64,000 nucleotides of DNA, taken from positions 1 through 64,000 of IMG/VR virus record IMGVR_UViG_3300027741_000027. One strand, given 5' to 3'. Source of the DNA: a virus. The notes under the pieces are model-generated. The model ran no database searches and was not told the origin of the DNA. It saw only the letters and a program-made list of their open reading frames with translations. The position numbers and the translations under genes were made by a program. The first letter of the stretch is position 1. Each line of letters starts with the position of its first letter. This document shows, piece by piece, positions 30,828 to 40,843 of the stretch.

Positions 30828-33701
30828 TTAACCCACCTGTAGAGTATTTGCTTGAGAAAGTGTTGAGTTCCCACTTGTTAAGTCAATTGAGAAGCCGATA
30901 TTAATGTAATTGACTGGGAAAGCAGGACGGTAATTGAATCGAACATCAATTGTTGTAGGGCCATTTGTAAGAGTTCTGGCCTGAACATCAGAGAAATCAA
31001 CAATGTCGCCATTATTCTTGAGAGTTTCAAGTGCTGAGGCAATTGCAGTGCTTACAACTAGAGGGGCATTGCCATCTGCGTATACTTTGCCAATAATTTG
31101 AGTATCAACAGTGTTTTTAAGTGTAGACATCATAAAGTGCTTGGCACGAACAACCGAAAGCTCTGACTGGCTGACGCCATTTTTTACATCAGTAGTAACA
31201 GCGTGACGAACTTGAACGGCTGTGCCAGCCTGTTCGATAACAAGAATGCCAGCCTCTGCCATTGAGTTCTTTTCTTTCTTTGTAAAGGAGTTAAGAACCG
31301 CGCTGAATCCGCCAACGCCTTTTCTTGTAAGAGAGGTTGAAACCTCGCGTGAAGCGGCCATTGCAGCAATTGCAACGGCAGCATACTGTCCGCCAACTTC
31401 AAGAGCAACATTGGTTGAAGCAATTGAAACAGGGCGCTGAAGTTTAGTGGGTGAAACAAAGACTAACTGTTGATCATAACCCTGATCCTGATGATTGATC
31501 CTAAGATCGCCAACGTTGGCGATAAGAGCCGCTGATGTTAAACCGGTAGCGTCTCCGGTAATCGTGCCATCGTGACCGACTAAACCAATAATGTACTGAC
31601 CTGAATCAGTGACCATTGTTGCAAGGTGATTCTTAAGTTTGCCATGAATTGCCTTAACGTTAGTTGTAGTAGCGCTTGATCCACCAAATGAATTACCAGT
31701 GCCAATAACTGGAACAATAAAGTTAATATTATCAATGCTTTGAAGTGCGGTAAAAGTATTATCCCAAGCCGTTAAATCGTCAACATTTGTTGGTTTAATA
31801 CGAGTTACTTTATCAGTATCAAAAGCAAACAAGGGTTGAAGATAAACGGAGTCTACTCCATTTTCAAAAGCAATTTGAGCAGCAAATGAAAGGGTAGAGT
31901 TTATGGTTCCGTTTGATTTGTAAACTTTTCCAAAACGATCTTCAACATCTGACATGGTATCAAATTCAATAACTTTATAAAAATCTGATGGAGCATAAGT
32001 GTATTCAACAATTACAGGTTCATCAAATGCGTATGTACTAGTGCCTGACTTCAAGCCAATGGTTGTTGATGGAATGGATGTAATTACCGAAGCATCGGTT
32101 AAACCGGTTCCAGCGGTAAGGCCAGTTGTTGTGCCAGTTGTTGTTGAAAGTGTAAATGCAACCGTCGAACCCAGCGTGGCTGGAGTTGTAAAGGTAACGT
32201 AACCGTTAATTTTTGTTGAAGAAATTGAATAAGTTGTGCTAGGTTGAAGTCCGGTATTTGCATTTAATGTAACGGTTGCAACGCTTGGAGAACCGGCAAA
32301 AACTATTGATGCAACACTTAAAGTAGTAATTTGAGTCGATGAAATTGCGCGAGCAATGGTATTTGTTAAAAGTGATACTGGTACGCCAACGCTGTGATCT
32401 GCGGCAATCGTGCCATATTCTGAATTGTAAACGCCAGTTAAAGTTGGAGGAGTTACTGATGTATTGACACCGGTATAAGTAAACAATTCGCTATCAATTT
32501 TAACTGTTCCGCCCGTAGCTGGGAATCCACTGACTGATGAAACCGCAATTGTTCCGGGCAAACTTAATGAAGAAGTAAAAGCGGTTGCAAGAGTGGTTGA
32601 AACAGAATTAGAATTTACTACCGAATATTGAGTTGAAGACGAACCATAATTAATCGTCAATGATGTTGTTGCTGCTACCGTTCCAGCAGTAGTACAAAGC
32701 AAGGTTGCGGTGTTGGTTCCAGCGGCAGTAACAGTGTATGTTGGTCCGTTGGTGCCAGACGTTACCGTTCCGCCAAGAATTGCTGAAGTCCAAGTCCCTC
32801 CACTTACATAAGATGAAGACCCTACAACATTGCCCGGAGCGGTTGTAACGGTTGTAGTAATTGAAGTTGGAGGAGTAGTTTGATTAACATAAATGGTGAC
32901 ATTGCTACTAGATGCAGTTGGAGCATTGTTTACGGTAACGGTTAAAGTTGTTCCGTTAGCGTCAGATGTCACATTTGTAACTTTTGTATTATTAGGGATA
33001 CCTGTTCCTGCTACTGTTTGACCGATTCCCCAAGGATTATTAACGCTTGCAGTAAAATATGCAGTTCCACTAGTAAGAGTTACACCAGATTCGATAAAAC
33101 CGTCATAACGTGTACCGGAAGTATTATTTGAAGGGGCATTTGACGCAAGAGTAACCTTGTTAATTGATACAAGTTTGCTGCCAGTTGAAATTGAAGGAAG
33201 AGTAATCGGAACGCCAATTTGCTTAATGCTGGCTTTAAAAGTACCTGCAAAACTAGTACCGGGAACAACAGATAACTTATCAGTGGTACTAGCCGTTACT
33301 AAAACAGTAACATCGGTAACGTCTGTTGTAATGGAACCTGAAACATTTCCAATAATGTTGCTGCCAAATGTGATAGATGCAATGTTGGCATTAGTTGAAG
33401 TTGTTGCGCCAGTTACAGTATAAGTAATTTGATAAGTAAATCCAACAGTTGGAACAAAACTATTAGTTAATGCAACAACGCTGCCAGTAGTGTGTGAATA
33501 AGGGCTAGTGGTTCCCCAGTTTGTTCCAGACCAAGTACTGGTTAAAAGCTCAGGGCTAGTAAAAGTAACAGTATCAGTCTTAGTCACGCCCGCAATAGGA
33601 GTAGGCCCAACAAGGCAAAGAGTGTCTGCTGTAGCAAGCAGAGGGGAAACTACTGGATTCGTATATTCAGTTACTGATACGCCGGGTGGATTATAAGCCA
33701 T
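30828..33701 (-). CDS. Contractile tail sheath protein with a large T/S-rich insertion
   Basis: N-terminal PPGVSVTEY; C-terminal sheath motifs (AGILVIEQ...VRHAVTT, ELSVVRAK, RPAFPVNYINIGF). Confidence 0.9.
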   Translation of the reverse strand: MAYNPPGVSVTEYTNPVVSPLLATADTLCLVGPTPIAGVTKTDTVTFTSPELLTSTWSGTNWGTTSPYSHTTGSVVALTNSFVPTVGFTYQITYTVTGATTSTNANIASITFGSNIIGNVSGSITTDVTDVTVLVTASTTDKLSVVPGTSFAGTFKASIKQIGVPITLPSISTGSKLVSINKVTLASNAPSNNTSGTRYDGFIESGVTLTSGTAYFTASVNNPWGIGQTVAGTGIPNNTKVTNVTSDANGTTLTVTVNNAPTASSSNVTIYVNQTTPPTSITTTVTTAPGNVVGSSSYVSGGTWTSAILGGTVTSGTNGPTYTVTAAGTNTATLLCTTAGTVAATTSLTINYGSSSTQYSVVNSNSVSTTLATAFTSSLSLPGTIAVSSVSGFPATGGTVKIDSELFTYTGVNTSVTPPTLTGVYNSEYGTIAADHSVGVPVSLLTNTIARAISSTQITTLSVASIVFAGSPSVATVTLNANTGLQPSTTYSISSTKINGYVTFTTPATLGSTVAFTLSTTTGTTTGLTAGTGLTDASVITSIPSTTIGLKSGTSTYAFDEPVIVEYTYAPSDFYKVIEFDTMSDVEDRFGKVYKSNGTINSTLSFAAQIAFENGVDSVYLQPLFAFDTDKVTRIKPTNVDDLTAWDNTFTALQSIDNINFIVPVIGTGNSFGGSSATTTNVKAIHGKLKNHLATMVTDSGQYIIGLVGHDGTITGDATGLTSAALIANVGDLRINHQDQGYDQQLVFVSPTKLQRPVSIASTNVALEVGGQYAAVAIAAMAASREVSTSLTRKGVGGFSAVLNSFTKKEKNSMAEAGILVIEQAGTAVQVRHAVTTDVKNGVSQSELSVVRAKHFMMSTLKNTVDTQIIGKVYADGNAPLVVSTAIASALETLKNNGDIVDFSDVQARTLTNGPTTIDVRFNYRPAFPVNYINIGFSIDLTSGNSTLSQANTLQVG

Positions 33702-33762
33702 TATTATTCAAATGCTCCTTGTCAAAAATTAAGTGGTAGTGAACGGCATAAAGAAAGGTTGA

Positions 33763-34437
33763 TTAGGTCCAATTATTTAAATTTTCGCTGCCTTTTGGAA
33801 GATCGTCACCATCGGTATAAGGATAAAGGAAAGTCTGTTTAATAAAATCAATCGGCACATCAGCGGGAAGGCTATAAAATTCTCCCCAAATGTTTGATCT
33901 ATAAGAAACTTGATAAATTAAATCATCTTCAGAGTTCCAAGGTACAGGATTTTGATTTTCTCCAAATCCATTAATTTTGTCAGAGTTTATATTTATATAA
34001 TGTCCAACTGAATCAGGAATGTTTGATGTATTTGGAGGATAAATTCGATTAAAAAAATTATTTGTATAATCGGCTAAGTTGCCCATCGCTATGGTTTGAA
34101 CCAAAGTGTCAGAGATTAAATCTCTATCAAGAGAAGATAAAGCTAAAATTGAAAATTCTATGTCTCCATTATAAAAATAATGTTTAAATTTCCAAACGTT
34201 ATTATCATTGTCAATTAACATTTCTTCATGTCCGACACCAGCATTACTAATTTCTTTTTCATAAAATTTAATAACTACTGACGGATAACTTTGACGCTCT
34301 TTTGGAAAGTCAATAGTAACGTTGGTATTTCTTAATTTTTCATCCAAGTGATTTTTAAAAACCGGTCTTAATGCTTCAACTAATGCAGTTTTTACATAAG
34401 TCTTATACCTAACTGTTTTTTCAGGTAAATAAGTCAT
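33763..34437 (-). CDS. Tail terminator/neck protein
   Basis: Upstream of the sheath; VTIDFPKERQSYPSVVIKF. Confidence 0.55.
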   Translation of the reverse strand: MTYLPEKTVRYKTYVKTALVEALRPVFKNHLDEKLRNTNVTIDFPKERQSYPSVVIKFYEKEISNAGVGHEEMLIDNDNNVWKFKHYFYNGDIEFSILALSSLDRDLISDTLVQTIAMGNLADYTNNFFNRIYPPNTSNIPDSVGHYININSDKINGFGENQNPVPWNSEDDLIYQVSYRSNIWGEFYSLPADVPIDFIKQTFLYPYTDGDDLPKGSENLNNWT

Positions 34438-35273
34438 CTATCAACCTCTACATTCATTAAAATGTTATTAGCTGGGACAAGTGTTATTTGATATTTTTGA
34501 TTAACTGTGTGACGATTATTTAAATACCCTTTGTTCTCAATTCGCCCATTGTTATCCAAACCTCTCATGGTAACCGGATTAACAATCTTTGCTTGATATC
34601 TCCGCCCCGCAGCGATAACCCTTCCGTTATTACCCAATTCAACATTAATGATTAAATCATTGTCATCTACTTTTGGAAACCAACCCATAGTTAGTTCTGC
34701 CATCTGCGTTTGAAACATAGCTCCCTCTGGAGTCAATTTAAAAAAGTCCTCTGCAATGTCTGGTTGAATGACATAAGTTAAAATACCGGGACCAAATCCT
34801 CTATATTTAGGAGCTTTAGGCCAACTATCGTTAGGAGTATAATCCGATCTTACAACTTCGCCAGTTGAAAGATCAATCCATTCATCGTCTGATTTTTCTT
34901 TTGAAACAAAACCTGATCCCCAAGAAAGATTATCATTGTTACGAGTTTGACCGTAAATGGAATCATAATTAGCTGAGCGCTCAGCGTAATTTTCCTCAAC
35001 ATCTTTGACCGTTAACATCTTTTTAATAATTACAGGTTGACCCATGCGGCGCATCATGTCATGCACTTGACGACGAAGGCGCTTAATGTCTTGCGGGGCA
35101 CTTTCATTCCCAACATATTTAGTGGCATATAAAAGATTGTCGTAAATAGTGGTACGATAACCAATTGATGCTGCCAAATTAGAAGTTGCGGTTAAAAGGT
35201 TCGCGACCTTTGCATTTGCTTTTAAATTAGATTGAGCCGATAAATTGGCTGAGTATGAACCTGAATTAGTCAT
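34434..35273 (-). CDS. Head-tail connector (head closure-like)
   Basis: Neck position; FPKVDDNDLII...RRYQ. Confidence 0.5.
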   Translation of the reverse strand: MTNSGSYSANLSAQSNLKANAKVANLLTATSNLAASIGYRTTIYDNLLYATKYVGNESAPQDIKRLRRQVHDMMRRMGQPVIIKKMLTVKDVEENYAERSANYDSIYGQTRNNDNLSWGSGFVSKEKSDDEWIDLSTGEVVRSDYTPNDSWPKAPKYRGFGPGILTYVIQPDIAEDFFKLTPEGAMFQTQMAELTMGWFPKVDDNDLIINVELGNNGRVIAAGRRYQAKIVNPVTMRGLDNNGRIENKGYLNNRHTVNQKYQITLVPANNILMNVEVDR

Positions 35274-35281
35274 CTAAACCC

Positions 35282-35704
35282 TTAGGTTAGGGTCAGAGTT
35301 AAGCTGCCCGCTGGAAGTGTAAATGTGTCGCCACTAACCGCCATTAAAATTTTTGCCGAAAGGGAACCAAACCAAAGAAGTTGACCGTCACTATCAAAAA
35401 CTCCGATGTATCCAACCGGAGTGGCACTTCCCGAATTACTGCTCCAAGGACCGGTAGAGGTCCAAGTAATGTCCGTGGAATTACTTATAGTGCCAGATGA
35501 TGCAGAATTCCAAGAAATTTGTTTTCTTTGATATCCATTTGTTTGTCCAACCTCAACGCCTGTAATTGAGTTGGAAGTTAAATAATTAACAGTTGGAATA
35601 CTAATAAAAAGCCCTGCATAGGTTGCAGCAGGCATTGCGTAAGATGTTTTGCCAACGCTATGCTCAAGGAGCTTGTTTTCTAAATATGTTGTAATGTTTG
35701 CCAT
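35282..35704 (-). CDS. Small virion structural protein (tail-fibre-associated family)
   Basis: TTYLENKLLEH...YAGLF...EV...GYQRKQISW...ISNSTDITW. Confidence 0.6.
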   Translation of the reverse strand: MANITTYLENKLLEHSVGKTSYAMPAATYAGLFISIPTVNYLTSNSITGVEVGQTNGYQRKQISWNSASSGTISNSTDITWTSTGPWSSNSGSATPVGYIGVFDSDGQLLWFGSLSAKILMAVSGDTFTLPAGSLTLTLT

Positions 35705-35725
35705 CGTATATTAAGTTGTCGTAAA

Positions 35726-36622
35726 CTACCAATAACCACGCCCAACAGATCTTGCCCGCATAGGAGCAGGAATAAGACGACCAGCTTTAGCGGAAACAAT
35801 GAGCTTGCTATGACCAAGTTGAAGGAATCCGCGTTTGTAAAGAGCAACCCATCGCATATATTGCTGCATTTCTAATTCGTACATGCTTTCCCAGCGTTGA
35901 AGATAATCACGACGATCTTGAAAAGCAATTTGCGCACCAGTAGGCATTGGTTGCTCAACATAAGAGCGCATAATGTGACGAAGAACTTGAATAAAAATGC
36001 CCTGAACAAGAAGTGGATAATTGTCAGTAACCGTATTGTCAGCGTTTACAAAACTGTTAATTGCTAAAGCGGTAGGAGGATTTTGATAATTAATATCAAA
36101 AAGAGCGTCTGCAATAAATTTTTCCATTTTTTCTTCACGAAAAAAATGCATGGTCATATCTTGAACCCAAGGACCTTCATTTTCAGCATCAAAGCAATCT
36201 TCAAGTTTAGTCCACACGCCATCTGCTACAACGCGGATTGGAGTATCAACAATTTCAAATGGATCAAAAACTTCAAAATCAACTCTAGTTGACTTTGTTG
36301 TTCCGTCAATAAGTTTAAAAGTTGCAACGGCGATATGATGACCTAAACGAGTAGTGTCATCATAAATTAAAACTCCTGTACCGTCTTCTAAAATTTCGCC
36401 ATCTAAAGTTATCTTTTCAGCGGGGCTGATGTATTCTCTGTTCTTTTTATTATCAGATGGATCATCATCTGTGCGACTAGCGGGCAATTGAATAGTAAAA
36501 GTTACTGATCCAAGGTCTTCATAAGAATAAAGTTGATCATTATCGTCATAAAGACGAGCGACAAGGCGAGCAGAGTCACCTAGCGCAACAATTTTTGTTT
36601 GTTTATCATAACCAAGGCTCAT
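35726..36622 (-). CDS. Head-tail adaptor protein
   Basis: ORF 35726..36643, likely ATG 36622; Ig-like N-terminus plus helical adaptor (DRRDYLQRWESM). Confidence 0.55.
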   Translation of the reverse strand: MSLGYDKQTKIVALGDSARLVARLYDDNDQLYSYEDLGSVTFTIQLPASRTDDDPSDNKKNREYISPAEKITLDGEILEDGTGVLIYDDTTRLGHHIAVATFKLIDGTTKSTRVDFEVFDPFEIVDTPIRVVADGVWTKLEDCFDAENEGPWVQDMTMHFFREEKMEKFIADALFDINYQNPPTALAINSFVNADNTVTDNYPLLVQGIFIQVLRHIMRSYVEQPMPTGAQIAFQDRRDYLQRWESMYELEMQQYMRWVALYKRGFLQLGHSKLIVSAKAGRLIPAPMRARSVGRGYW

Positions 36623-36660
36623 GCAACTATTAACTGTTGGCAATAAAGAATCTTAAAATA

Positions 36661-36687
36661 AAAAGAGCCGCACAAGGCGGCTCTTTC
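36661..36687 (-). terminator. Rho-independent terminator
   Basis: 10-bp stem AAAGAGCCGC/GCGGCTCTTT with a 5-nt loop, then TTTTATTTT on the minus strand after ORF 36706. Confidence 0.75.
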
Positions 36688-36705
36688 ACTAAAACATTGA
36701 TAAAT

Positions 36706-37017
36706 TTACTTATCTGACTCTTCAGTTGCAGGCTCAGTTTTCTTAGCAGCAGCCTTTTTAGGAGCGGCCTTTTTCACTTCTTCCTTAACAACTTCAGCGA
36801 CCTCTTCAACCTTTTCAACAACTGTTTCAACGACAGTTTCCGCGACAATTTGTACGGTTTCTGCGGAATCGGTTGCAAAAACCTTAAGAGCTTCAAGAAT
36901 TTCTTTAAGTTTTTCTTCGTAGTTAAGTACATCGGTTTTAGCTTGATGAATACGACATTCAATTGAAGTTTTTATCGCATCCAACTCACCTTCATTTAAA
37001 TTATTAATATTACTCAT
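36706..37017 (-). CDS. Hypothetical protein, coiled-coil with KKAAPKKAAAKK tail
   Basis: 103 aa; AAAGGAAA RBS. Confidence 0.7.
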   Translation of the reverse strand: MSNINNLNEGELDAIKTSIECRIHQAKTDVLNYEEKLKEILEALKVFATDSAETVQIVAETVVETVVEKVEEVAEVVKEEVKKAAPKKAAAKKTEPATEESDK

Positions 37018-37037
37018 ATTTTTCCTTTAATATTAGT

Positions 37038-37589
37038 TTACAACGAGCTACCCGGAACGTCAACCCTTTCAGGAGCAACGCTGCGGGTAATTTCAGTCGC
37101 CTTTTCCTCATTTGGACGACCCTCTACTTCATTAAGGTGACCGATTGTAATACTTTTTTCTGTATTAGACTTGTCCAGACCTGTAAAATTACCAGCATTA
37201 CCAAGTTGATCGGTAAGAATATCTTCTGGGCGAGGCTGTGGCAAAGTTGATGCATTAGTCATCTGCTTTTCACGGATTGTCTGAGCGTCAGTGGCAGAAA
37301 TAACTTCATAAAGGCTGCCAAGGTTATTAAGGAAGATTGAATCATCTAATTCATCCTTACTAATTGCAGTCATATCATTGCGCTGGCCTCTAGGAGCAAG
37401 TTCAATCTTGCGACCAGATCCAAATGTAACGCGAACATTGACGCCGCGAACATTACGAACATACTTGCTTGTTGACGCGCTCTTTCTGGGAGCGGTCTTG
37501 GGCTTTGCGGCAGGCTTGCGAGTTGCAGCAATTTTTGCTCCAACGGGTTCAGCAGCCTGACCATTAGGGGTTAGCTTCTTAGGTGGCAT
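37038..37589 (-). CDS. Hypothetical head-associated protein
   Basis: 183 aa, K/A/P-rich N-terminus; lies downstream of the capsid genes. Confidence 0.7.
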   Translation of the reverse strand: MPPKKLTPNGQAAEPVGAKIAATRKPAAKPKTAPRKSASTSKYVRNVRGVNVRVTFGSGRKIELAPRGQRNDMTAISKDELDDSIFLNNLGSLYEVISATDAQTIREKQMTNASTLPQPRPEDILTDQLGNAGNFTGLDKSNTEKSITIGHLNEVEGRPNEEKATEITRSVAPERVDVPGSSL

Positions 37590-37872
37590 AATTTATTCTC
37601 TCTTTCTATAACAATATAAGACTTGACTTGGTACTACAAACGAGACTTGCCACTGATTAAGACCGGGATTCGATATAGTAATTAGGGAAGCCAAACTAAG
37701 TCTTGACAATTTGACTATATGATATAGTCTTTGTACAAGTCAACGTTTGGCTTTTTATATAAATCGACAAAAGGAGTTAATTCCACTGGTCTCATTCAGC
37801 CCGTTAAGTTGTTAAGTAAGAGGGCTTGCGAAGTCAATGTAGGACAAATGAATGTGTTCCAAGGAAGATATT

Positions 37873-38793
37873 ATGTTATATGCTAAAACAGCGGTTGTAG
37901 TAGCCGCCGTAATCGGTAGTTTTGCATCTACCCCAGAACCAGCGAAAGCTGTTAGTAAACAGGCCCACATTACTACAATTCCGGGTCCTGTAGTAACAAA
38001 AACAAAGAAATATCGCGTAAGGGTGCCGATTCAGCACTTTTCCGTTAGAGCAACCGCTTATTCAACTGAAGGCTGTGATGCTTCAGGTGGCGGTAATATT
38101 ACATCAATGGGAACAACGCCTCGTTTTGGCGAAGTTGCCAATAATTTCCTTCCATTAGGAACAAGGATCTATTTCCCTAAAGCCATTTATGGCAAGCATT
38201 ATTTTAGGGTTGAAGATCATATTGGTTGGGGTTCTCAGCTTGACATTTGGGTTCATTGTGGATATCAAATGAATAATTGGAATAATCCCACTGTTCATTT
38301 TTATACATACAAATGGAAGGTGAAAACAAAGAAGATCCGAGTAAGGGCGTCAATCAGCCTTATTAAAGATCCTCTCAAACCTGTTGTAATGGGTTCTAAG
38401 GCTTTTATATATAAAAATGTAGCCTATGCCCCATCTAAGGCTCCAATTAATGTTAAACGAGTTGTATGGGCCGGAAACAAGATCAATGCGCTTCCATATG
38501 TATGGGGAGGCGGACATGGATCTTTTTTAGATTCTGGCTACGACTGTTCAGGATCAGTATCATATGCCCTTCATGGAGCAGATCTGATCAATACTCCAAT
38601 GGATTCAGGATCACTAATGTCTTGGGGTCAGTCAGGGCCGGGTAAATGGATTACGGTTTACGCTAATTCAGGCCACACATACATGCATGTTGCTGGTATT
38701 AGGTTTGATACATCAGGAGCTAATCCTTCAAGGTGGCAATCTGATTTAAGGCCTAGCTTAGAATATGCTCTTAGGCATCCAAGTAATTTATAA
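37873..38793 (+). CDS. Secreted cell-wall hydrolase: signal peptide + 3D domain + NlpC/P60
   Basis: AAGGAAG RBS before ATG 37873; MLYAKTAVVVAAVIGSFAS...AKA; VRATAYS...PLGTRIY...VEDHIG..SQLDIW; PYVWGGGH...YDCSGSVS...GHTYM. Confidence 0.85.
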   Translation: MLYAKTAVVVAAVIGSFASTPEPAKAVSKQAHITTIPGPVVTKTKKYRVRVPIQHFSVRATAYSTEGCDASGGGNITSMGTTPRFGEVANNFLPLGTRIYFPKAIYGKHYFRVEDHIGWGSQLDIWVHCGYQMNNWNNPTVHFYTYKWKVKTKKIRVRASISLIKDPLKPVVMGSKAFIYKNVAYAPSKAPINVKRVVWAGNKINALPYVWGGGHGSFLDSGYDCSGSVSYALHGADLINTPMDSGSLMSWGQSGPGKWITVYANSGHTYMHVAGIRFDTSGANPSRWQSDLRPSLEYALRHPSNL

Positions 38794-38811
38794 AATAATA
38801 TAAATGCAAAT

Positions 38812-38843
38812 AAAAAGGCCCCCATTTCTGGGGGCCTTTTCTT
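38812..38843. terminator. Bidirectional Rho-independent terminator
   Basis: AAAAGGCCCCCA-TTTC-TGGGGGCCTTTT between the convergent hydrolase and capsid genes. Confidence 0.88.
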
Positions 38844-38863
38844 TACCTCAAAGAGGACTAGGA

Positions 38864-39952
38864 TCAGGCGAGGCCTGAGATGTCTAGCTTCTTGCTTGTT
38901 GTAGTGGTTGTGTAATCAGAGATTGCACCGCCCTTAACAATACGTGAAAGGCCGCGAGCGTTAAGGATGAGCATGCCGATAAGTTCGTCCATGACCCAAC
39001 CCTTCCAAAATGTTTCAACATTGTGGTTCTCTTCAACGTCAAGTGAGTACATGACGGGCATAACACCGACGTAATCAGGCTCAGCGGTAAGGAATACCTC
39101 GCCTTGTGGGACGATGATTGAACGCTGGATCTGGAATTCACCGAATGTGGTGATCTTCTCTCCACCGAATACCTTATCCTTGAATTCAAAGCCAGTTACG
39201 TTGAGATCCCAGTTGTAGAAATCGCGAGCGTCAGCAGGGTGAATGATGACACGGCGAGCTTCAAGCTGGTTGATCTCGATTTGTGAAACAGCGCTGTAAA
39301 AGTCGCTAGGCTCAAGTGGGTTACCATCACCAATAAGGATGGTCTGCTCACCTGATGAACCAGCAGCAATACCGGTCTGACGACCACCGGTAGGAGCAAC
39401 GCCAGCAATAGCGTCATTGCCAGTTGCATTGCGAACCTTGCCAAGCTCAGCAATAGCAGCCTCAAGAAGAAGGATAAGACGGGCGTCTTCCTGCTTCTGG
39501 ATTGCCTGACGGCTCTCGTCCTGTGCGTACTCAACAGCGTTTACACGAAGGTAGTACAGATCTTCCTTACGGATACGTGGGAACGTAGCGATACGGAAAA
39601 GCTGAGGGAATGCCTGCTTGCCTTCGAATGGGGTGATCTTAACTTCCGAGTCGGTCTGGTTAAGGATATAAGCCCTACCTAGATCGTCAAGGATGTCGTA
39701 AGGCATAAGGGGACCGCGCTCAAGAGTATCTTCAATAAGAACATTACGAGTAATGCCCTCATAACGAAGACGAATCTGAATAGGACCGATCATACCCTGA
39801 CCGATACGACGCATTGCGTTCGATGAATCCTTTAGGATTGACTGAAGCTTCTGTGCCTTTGCTTCCTTGGTAAGCTTAGGTGCGTTAGCAAGCTTAGCCT
39901 CGTAATCGGCTGATGAAACAGCCTTGCGTGATGTAATTTCCATATTAATCAT
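38864..39952 (-). CDS. Major capsid protein
   Basis: Likely start 39952 or 39943 (AAGGA RBS); GMIGPIQIRLRYEGITR, QIEINQLEARRVIIHP, WVMDELIGMLILN; biased codon usage. Confidence 0.85.
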   Translation of the reverse strand: MINMEITSRKAVSSADYEAKLANAPKLTKEAKAQKLQSILKDSSNAMRRIGQGMIGPIQIRLRYEGITRNVLIEDTLERGPLMPYDILDDLGRAYILNQTDSEVKITPFEGKQAFPQLFRIATFPRIRKEDLYYLRVNAVEYAQDESRQAIQKQEDARLILLLEAAIAELGKVRNATGNDAIAGVAPTGGRQTGIAAGSSGEQTILIGDGNPLEPSDFYSAVSQIEINQLEARRVIIHPADARDFYNWDLNVTGFEFKDKVFGGEKITTFGEFQIQRSIIVPQGEVFLTAEPDYVGVMPVMYSLDVEENHNVETFWKGWVMDELIGMLILNARGLSRIVKGGAISDYTTTTTSKKLDISGLA

Positions 39953-39962
39953 ATTCCTTTCT

Positions 39963-40727
39963 TTATACCAATAGGTCCACGACAATACGGCTTGTGGCTG
40001 GGCTGTCAATTAAACGAGCAACAGGCATACGGTTTACACCGGGGGTCGTCATGCTTACAAGGCGACCATCTACACCTGCGTACAGGTAGATGCCGCTGGT
40101 GTTATTGACAGTACCTGAAATGGCTGTTGAAATAGCCTGCGCACCAAATGCATTAGTTGCAGTAGTTGCAGTGGTCTGAGCGGTTCCACCAAATGTTGGA
40201 GGATAAGTCAGAGACTTAATGGTGTTAGTGGCGCCGATACCGCCAGAGGCACCAATGGCCGTTGTGACAACAGATGTGCCGCTTGAGCCAGTGCCGTCGC
40301 TGTCGAACGCAGGTGAGAGAATCTCAAACACCGAGTCCGGACCGCGCCAAACACCAACTGAATTTTGAAGAGAGTCTCCTGAGAAACCCTCGTCAAGGTC
40401 GCCGCCAACAAAGTTGGCAAGAAGACCAAATGGTACTTCATTTTCAGCGCCAGTAGCGACTGTAACTGATTCGCCAAGAGCACCCGAGGAATCCTTGGCA
40501 CGAACTAGAACAAGTCCGGGAACAAGGCTACCCTTGAGAGTAAAAGCAGAAGCCTGACGAGCAGTGGCACCAGCAGTAACCGAAGTGGTTGGAAGCTGGA
40601 GCGAACCGTCAGATGCACGAAATCCACTATGTAGATTTGCAGCATAAGGCGTAGCCTGAGTCTGGGCATACAACGGCCTACAAGTGCGCTTCTGATACTT
40701 ATTAGCTAGATTCTTTAGTCTAAGCAT
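39963..40727 (-). CDS. Capsid decoration/cement protein
   Basis: Directly upstream of MCP; PFGLLANFVG, GVWRGPDSVFE, LYAGVDGRL. Confidence 0.55.
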   Translation of the reverse strand: MLRLKNLANKYQKRTCRPLYAQTQATPYAANLHSGFRASDGSLQLPTTSVTAGATARQASAFTLKGSLVPGLVLVRAKDSSGALGESVTVATGAENEVPFGLLANFVGGDLDEGFSGDSLQNSVGVWRGPDSVFEILSPAFDSDGTGSSGTSVVTTAIGASGGIGATNTIKSLTYPPTFGGTAQTTATTATNAFGAQAISTAISGTVNNTSGIYLYAGVDGRLVSMTTPGVNRMPVARLIDSPATSRIVVDLLV

Positions 40728-40843
40728 ATTTGTATTTTCCTATTTTGTTTTGTGATTTTTAGTTTCACGCCTTGTGGGCGCTACGCCGTTTCAATTGTTT
40801 CTAGACGGCGGGTTGTAAAAATAAAGTAATATTCTCTTATTTT

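Noticed and set aside
37703-37728. TTGACA plus TATAGT as a sigma70 promoter for the hydrolase
   Set aside because: Spacer is only 14 nt; kept only as part of the inverted-repeat finding.
37590-37850. tRNA or known riboswitch in the largest intergenic gap
   Set aside because: No cloverleaf or T-loop and no riboswitch consensus recognisable by eye; Infernal would be needed to exclude it.
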